Shown here piece by piece: positions 58,368 through 64,000 of a stretch of 64,000 bases of DNA; positions within the stretch are counted from its first letter, which is position 1, and every line of letters begins with the position of its first letter. The notes beneath the pieces are model-generated. The model searched no databases, was not told where the DNA came from, and worked only from the letters and a program-made list of their open reading frames with translations. The stretch lies in the NCBI RefSeq assembly GCF_009914755.1, contig NC_060931.1; one strand, written 5' to 3'. The position numbers were made by a program, and so were the translations under genes. The DNA comes from the human T2T-CHM13v2.0 reference genome, Homo sapiens.

Positions 58368-59489
58368 ACTTATGAGTTGAATTTGGGGTGAATTTACATT
58401 ATATTGAATGTCAGGTAAGGAGACTGAACTCTATTTTGTAGTTCGTAGGAAGGCCAGCCTAGGGAGTTTTCATGGAGGGAAAAGTTAATGGAGACTGCTC
58501 TGTTGACAGGATGTAAATAGCAGCTGGGAAGGAAAATGACAACATGCAAAAGAGTCTTTTAAAGACTCTAGTGAAAATGTTTCACATGCCTGTGACTCAG
58601 TTCTGATGATGGCTGTGATGCTCATCATCAAAAAACTTGAACTTGTCTTTTAAGGTCTCTATCTGGTCAACAGCAGAATAACGGCTACCATGGATGGTTC
58701 TATGTGTGGTCCTGGATTTCCTAAGAATTCTCCTGATCCTTGCTTCCTCTGTTTCTGCTCTAGAAGGGAAAATTGGAGATCAGAGAGTTGAAGCTACACC
58801 TTGCAATACAGTACAGCCTTTATTTACACTATTAAAACCCCTTGGCCAAATGGACAAAGTGACAGGCTTAGCCCTTTGTATGTTTGTCCTTATATTTGCT
58901 TATTCAACAAGTATTCACAGAGCATCTTCACTTGCCAGGCCAGGTGATTCATAAGGAAACAGAGCCTCAAGGTAAAATCCAAAGAGCATGTGGTTTGAAG
59001 CCAATAGACAGGGACTCCAGTCCCAGGTTCCATGCTTACTACCCAATTGATTGCTGCCTCTCAGCCATTCCTTTCTTCACCTACACGATGTACCTGACCA
59101 GGCTTTTCTTATGTAATTACTGGAGGCAAGGTGGGCTCTCTTGACTGAAAGCACTCTGGGAACACACAATTTTGGCCACCATAAATGACATTAAAGAATA
59201 CAACTTTTGCTTTAGAATCTGCGATTATTGTTTGACTTTAGCTAAGTAAGCATTTTGTCAAATCTAACAGCAAAAGCTTCTCAGTAAAGGAGCATTTCAA
59301 GAAACCTGTGACCCTCATAGCCACAACATTTAATTAAGATCAGCATCAAATATTTTGTGTAAAGGTTCCACAGATGTTTGATTTTTTGGGGTAAGGAAAC
59401 TGAGGCTTACAGATGTTTTTGAGACTTAAAGAATTGACACGTCAGTCTCTAAATGAAAAACTGCGATTAAAACCCAATGCTTCTGCATC

Positions 59490-59633
59490 AGGAGGACTAG
59501 CTAATGGTTTCTGGGCTTAATATCTGGGTAATGGGTTGATCTGTGCAGCAAATCACCATGGCACATGTTTACCCATGTAACAAAGCTGCACATCCTGCAC
59601 ATGTACCCTGAAACTTAAAAGTTGATGAAAAAA
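59490..59633 (+). mobile_element. Short older L1PA 3' end within a MIR
   Basis: caccatggcacatgtttacc...catgtaccctgaaacttaaa plus A tail; TSD-like aaaacccaatgcttctg / aaaaccaatgttcctg. Confidence 0.85.
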
Positions 59634-59811
59634 AACCAATGTTCCTGATTTATGGATAAGTAATAAAAACAACAAAGTATCCTTTTAGCTGAATGATCCC
59701 TGCTTGCTAACATTGATGAATTTAGAAATGTGTCTTCAGTTGACCTCTACTCACTATTATTTTTAATTAGTTTTCTTAACAGCCTTAATAGTGTTTAGAG
59801 CATTTTATGAA

Positions 59812-59830
59812 ACAGTGCCCTCTAGTGGCT
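59812..59830 (-). promoter_or_regulatory. Candidate CTCF site
   Basis: The minus strand reads AGCCACTAGAGGGCACTGT, a close match to the CTCF core CCACYAGRGGGCRC. Confidence 0.65.
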
Positions 59831-60889
59831 AAGGATACACTTTTAAATTGCAATAACGTGCTATTTTTAGCTAGCTGGAGAATTGATGGCAAGGCTGGCA
59901 TTTAAAGAGATGTATTATCTTGTGGCAGATGTGTATATTGTACATGTGTAGCAAATAAGCATGAAGACAGTTACTATCTGGCTTGTTAACTAGGTGTATG
60001 ATTTCTTGATCACCGACCTATTAAATCACTTATTAATATATAATCTTATCGTGACTGTAAATTTAGCTGCCTGTCATTTATAATAACATTAGCGATGTGA
60101 CGTATGATCATTTGAGCAAGAGCACTGCTTTCTGCCAAAGCCAAGAGCCTCAATAATTATTTTTAAACTGTAGTTAGGTATGATTTAAAAGAGATGTGAG
60201 TACAAGAATAGATAACTCAAGGATCAACGTATGGGACCTAATTTTTATGAAAAATTACTCCTGTCTCATTCTTCTTTTCTTGTCCAACAGATCATTACAA
60301 CCCAAAAGCTCAATACCATATTCCTCAAAATGCAAATTAAATACTGCCTCTCAAAATAGCCTTTCTTAACTAAAAATATCCAAGTTTATCTTTCACAAAT
60401 TTAGGCAGTTTTTGGTTAAAAAGACAAAACGGTAATGGAAAATATACAGTATCAGGGTGTTTTTTTTTTTTGCTGTGGAATGCTATTAAAATTACATGTT
60501 TTTGAAACTTGTCGTTTGTGGTTTTAAATCCTCAATCATGCATTACCTAATATATGCATATCTGGGTCCATGCAGTCAAAGTTACCATGTTGAAAGAGAT
60601 TTTGCAGTTTAGGAAAGTAAGGATCATAAATGTTTAGTGAATTAAGCTGACAAAAACTATTCCATTTTGTAATTGCAGAATCAGAACTAGGAGACTGTCT
60701 CTTGACTACCTGGAATGTATGATTTACACTTGTGTTCTGGACAGCAGCATCTGGAAAGTTTAAATACTGTAGTCTCTTCAGAGACTTCCAACTCAGATTC
60801 CTGGGATTCCAGAGCTGGCAGGATCCCCTGTAGTCTGGCACAGTCCTCTCAGCCCATACTAATCCTTGGCTTAATTTTATTCTGAAAGA

Positions 60890-61850
60890 CTTTTTAAAAT
60901 AAACTTTTTATGTTTTAGAATAGATTTACATATATAGCAAAGTTGCAAAGGTAGTACAGAAAGTTTCCACATGCCCCAAACCCATTTTCCCCTATTATTA
61001 TCATCTTATATATTATGCAACGTTTGACACAATGAATTAATAGTATTGATATAATGCATCACTGTTAGACAAAATTTATGCTTAATTCAGATTTTCTTAG
61101 CTTTCACCTAATGTCCCCTTTATCTCCCAAGGATCCCATCCGGGACACCGCAGTGCATCTCTTTCAGTTCCTCTTGCTGTGACAGCTTCGCAGAAGTTCC
61201 TGTTTCTTGATTTGGGTGACCTTGACAAAAGGGTACTTGAGGAACATGGGTCACGTCTTTTATAGAATATTCTTCAATTGCATCATTTCTGTTTTGTTTT
61301 GTTTCATTTTCCCTCCTAAGTAGACTGGGTTTATAGGGCTTTGGGAGGAAGACTACAGAAGTAAAATGCCTTTCTCATCACATATCTAAGGAACAGGCTA
61401 TCAGCATGATTTATGGCCATTGGTGTTGACCTTGATCACCTGGCTAAAGTCGTACTTGTCATTTTCTCTACTGCAACTACATTTTTTTACCCCTCTTTCT
61501 ATACTGTGCTCTTTGGAAGGAAGTCACTATGCATAGCCCTCACTTGGAGTGGAAGGCAATGCTCTTTCTTCTTGAGAGCAGGGTATCTGTAGAAATTACC
61601 TGGAATTCTTCCATATGGAAGATTTGTCTACTCTCCCCCATTTATTTATATTTGTTTATCTATAAATTATGTATTTATTATTTATTTATTGAATCATTTA
61701 TTAATATCAGTATAGACTTAGAGATACTTATTTAAGACTGTTGGAAGTCATTGTTTAATTGCCAAGATTTGAAAAAGTTGATTTTGACAATGTTTGCAAT
61801 CTCATTGCTTTTCTGGAAGAGATTTTTGGAGATCTTAACTCTGCTATTTG
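60890..61850 (-). mobile_element. Ancient L1M (MC/MD-like) 3' end
   Basis: Reverse L1M 3' UTR motifs (aaagttgcaaaggtagtacagaaag; ctttggaaggaagtcact). Confidence 0.75.
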
Positions 61851-62939
61851 GATGTAGCTCCTTTTTTTGTAGGATTTTACACACAGTTTTTTTTTTCTCA
61901 GTTTTTGTTGTGTTCAGAATGGCCTGAACTCTGACACAGTTGATATTGGATGATATTCTTATCCCTTTCAATGCTCTCAAGAATTTTCAGTAAAGATTTT
62001 TTAAGTTTCACAATTTTTTGTGCTACCAGGGGAAATGTGTCTTTAGAGGGTGACTATTGAATATATAGAAACCCACATTCCTGAGATTTTTTTGTGTTTA
62101 ATGGTATATTTCATAATAATACAACTATCTTAAAAAGAATCACATTGGCATATTTACTCTGCATTATTCAAATGGCTAATGCTTTGAGAAGGAACATCCT
62201 CTTTATAATAAAATGAGTGCTGTCTTGTTTGGCTTATTTAGTATCAAATTAATGTGATACTCAGTGTTTCATTAAGTTCCTCCAAATAACCAATTTTAAA
62301 GCAACTTCTTCATTCTTTCATGGATATAATGCTAAAGGCGTAAAAAGATGATGACCCATATTATCTGAAAGAGAAAAACATGATTTCTCCTTTCTCTCTT
62401 AAAATTAAGATCTATATTTATGATAGCAAAAGTCAGGTGCTTCTCTCCCCACCTTTTAGAAGCTGCTTGGTGTGATCAGGGGATAACTACAGAGAAGCGC
62501 TATCAAACATTTCTTTCTGCACTTTCAGTTAGGAGGATGATGAATGCATACGTACACATTTTCCCTTTCTAGTAGCAATAGATTAACACTGTTGGGAATA
62601 ATTCCCCTAGAAAGTTTTCCGAGAGCCTGGAAATTTCACATCATACTTTTCTAGCCCTGGGTCACTGTGAGTTTGCCAAAGCCTCCAGCAGATAGATAAA
62701 TTGGTTTCCAAGTGAACAAAGTATATTAGTCAATCTCCTGAGGCATTTTTTCTTTGATGGCCATTGAGTGTGTTAAGCAGCAACTGTATGCCCTTCATAA
62801 TAAAAAGCACTTTAAGTTGAGTGATGGAAGGCTCTTGATACTTGTGGAATGACAGAGAAGTTTTGAAGAAATGAACATTAGTGCAAGTAGACAATATTTA
62901 GAAAGCATAATCAAATAAAGAGTTTTAAGAAACCATAAT

Positions 62940-63123
62940 TTTTTTTTTTACTTTAAGTTCTGGGATAAATGTGCAGAATGTGCATGTTTGTTACATAGGT
63001 TTACATGTGCCATAGTGGTTTGCTGCACCCATCAACCCGTCATCTATGTTTTAAGCCCTGCATGCATTAGGCATTTGTCCTAATGCTCTCCCTCCCCTTG
63101 CTCCCCGCCCTGATATGCCCCAG
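62940..63123 (-). mobile_element. Short L1PA (L1PA8-like) 3' insertion
   Basis: Poly(T) plus reverse 3' UTR; perfect 14-bp TSD taagaaaccataat (62926-62939, 63124-63137). Confidence 0.92.
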
Positions 63124-64000
63124 TAAGAAACCATAATAAGTTTTAAGTCAAAGTGAGATGGAAAATACAGAGAAGGGTTAGTCTTTGAAGACTTTGGAGA
63201 GGTGATTTGAAAATCAGATGTTAAAGGAATGCATGGGCATAAATTAGCAGGACATTCCAAACCAGGGCTTTGATGTGAACATAAGTCAGTTATGTGAGGA
63301 AGCAGCAGGCAAGAGCAGGACTGGAGAGGGTTTGATGTCATCTCACCAATCATCCACCCAATAAAGAAATCTCTCAGCAACCCCTGGCCTGTGGTCAGCC
63401 AATGTGTGTCTGAATGTATCGATCAAGTAATAATAGTTCAGTGCTCTTAGTGAGGAAGCCAGTGATGATTGTTACATGGCTCTATAATATTAAGATAAAA
63501 TTTGTCCCCAGAATGTTCTATGCTTGGGTTCAATTATTCCTTTTGGAGCAACTCAGAATCAATCTAATATTTTGGGGAAGTGACAGTTTTTCAGATCTTG
63601 GAGGAAGAACTTATTATTAATCTCTCTCCCCCATTCAACTTAATTGAAAGAGTCTCCGATTAGAAATTTGAGAAAAGATGTTCTAGCCCCAACTCTGCTA
63701 TGTATTATTTGCTTTGTAAGCAAAGAACAGTTAAACTGTCTCAACTATATATAGCGTCTATTTCCCTCTGTTCCTTCCCTATCCAGGGCTTGGCTCTATG
63801 AAAAGCAACTCGAACTCTTGCCTTCCAGCTTGGGATACTGCTCCAAGATAGCCCCCCTTTAGTGAACTCCTGTCTCCTATGCAGTTCCATCTTGTTATCT
63901 TATACCTGGATTCTCCATCTCTGCCCAGACACTACACTAATTTGGATAGTTTTATTTCTTTCTCACGTTGCAATTAATGAGGATGAGCCTGGAGGTGGGG

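Overview
Human genomic DNA: human-specific L1HS-Ta and AluYa5 diagnostics are present. The window lies inside the neuronal gene DPP6 (dipeptidyl peptidase-like protein 6, the Kv4 auxiliary subunit), transcribed on the + strand. Only two coding exons are present: the 115-nt transmembrane exon (1555-1669) and the next 99-nt exon (30593-30691). They join in frame across a 28.9-kb intron, and the rest of the window is intron. Almost all supplied ORFs are repeat-derived or chance. The introns hold layered transposon relics: L1 of many ages, Alus, MaLR/ERV LTRs including a full-length THE1, L2, MIR, MER20 and MER44. I found no convincing novel multi-gene system. The most notable items are: (1) an MLT1 LTR holding a 5'-inverted, internally deleted L1HS-Ta that itself holds an AluYa5, plus a THE1 solo LTR; (2) a non-repeat composite inverted-plus-direct duplication at 32.4-34.1 kb with a template-switch signature; (3) a strong cryptic acceptor followed by an 88-codon frame at 29350; (4) REST, CTCF and DUX4 motif matches; (5) a second twin-primed L1 with an ~18-nt inverted segment; and (6) an Alu intermediate toward Yg6. 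Subfamily calls are by eye from remembered consensus sequences and need Dfam/RepeatMasker confirmation.
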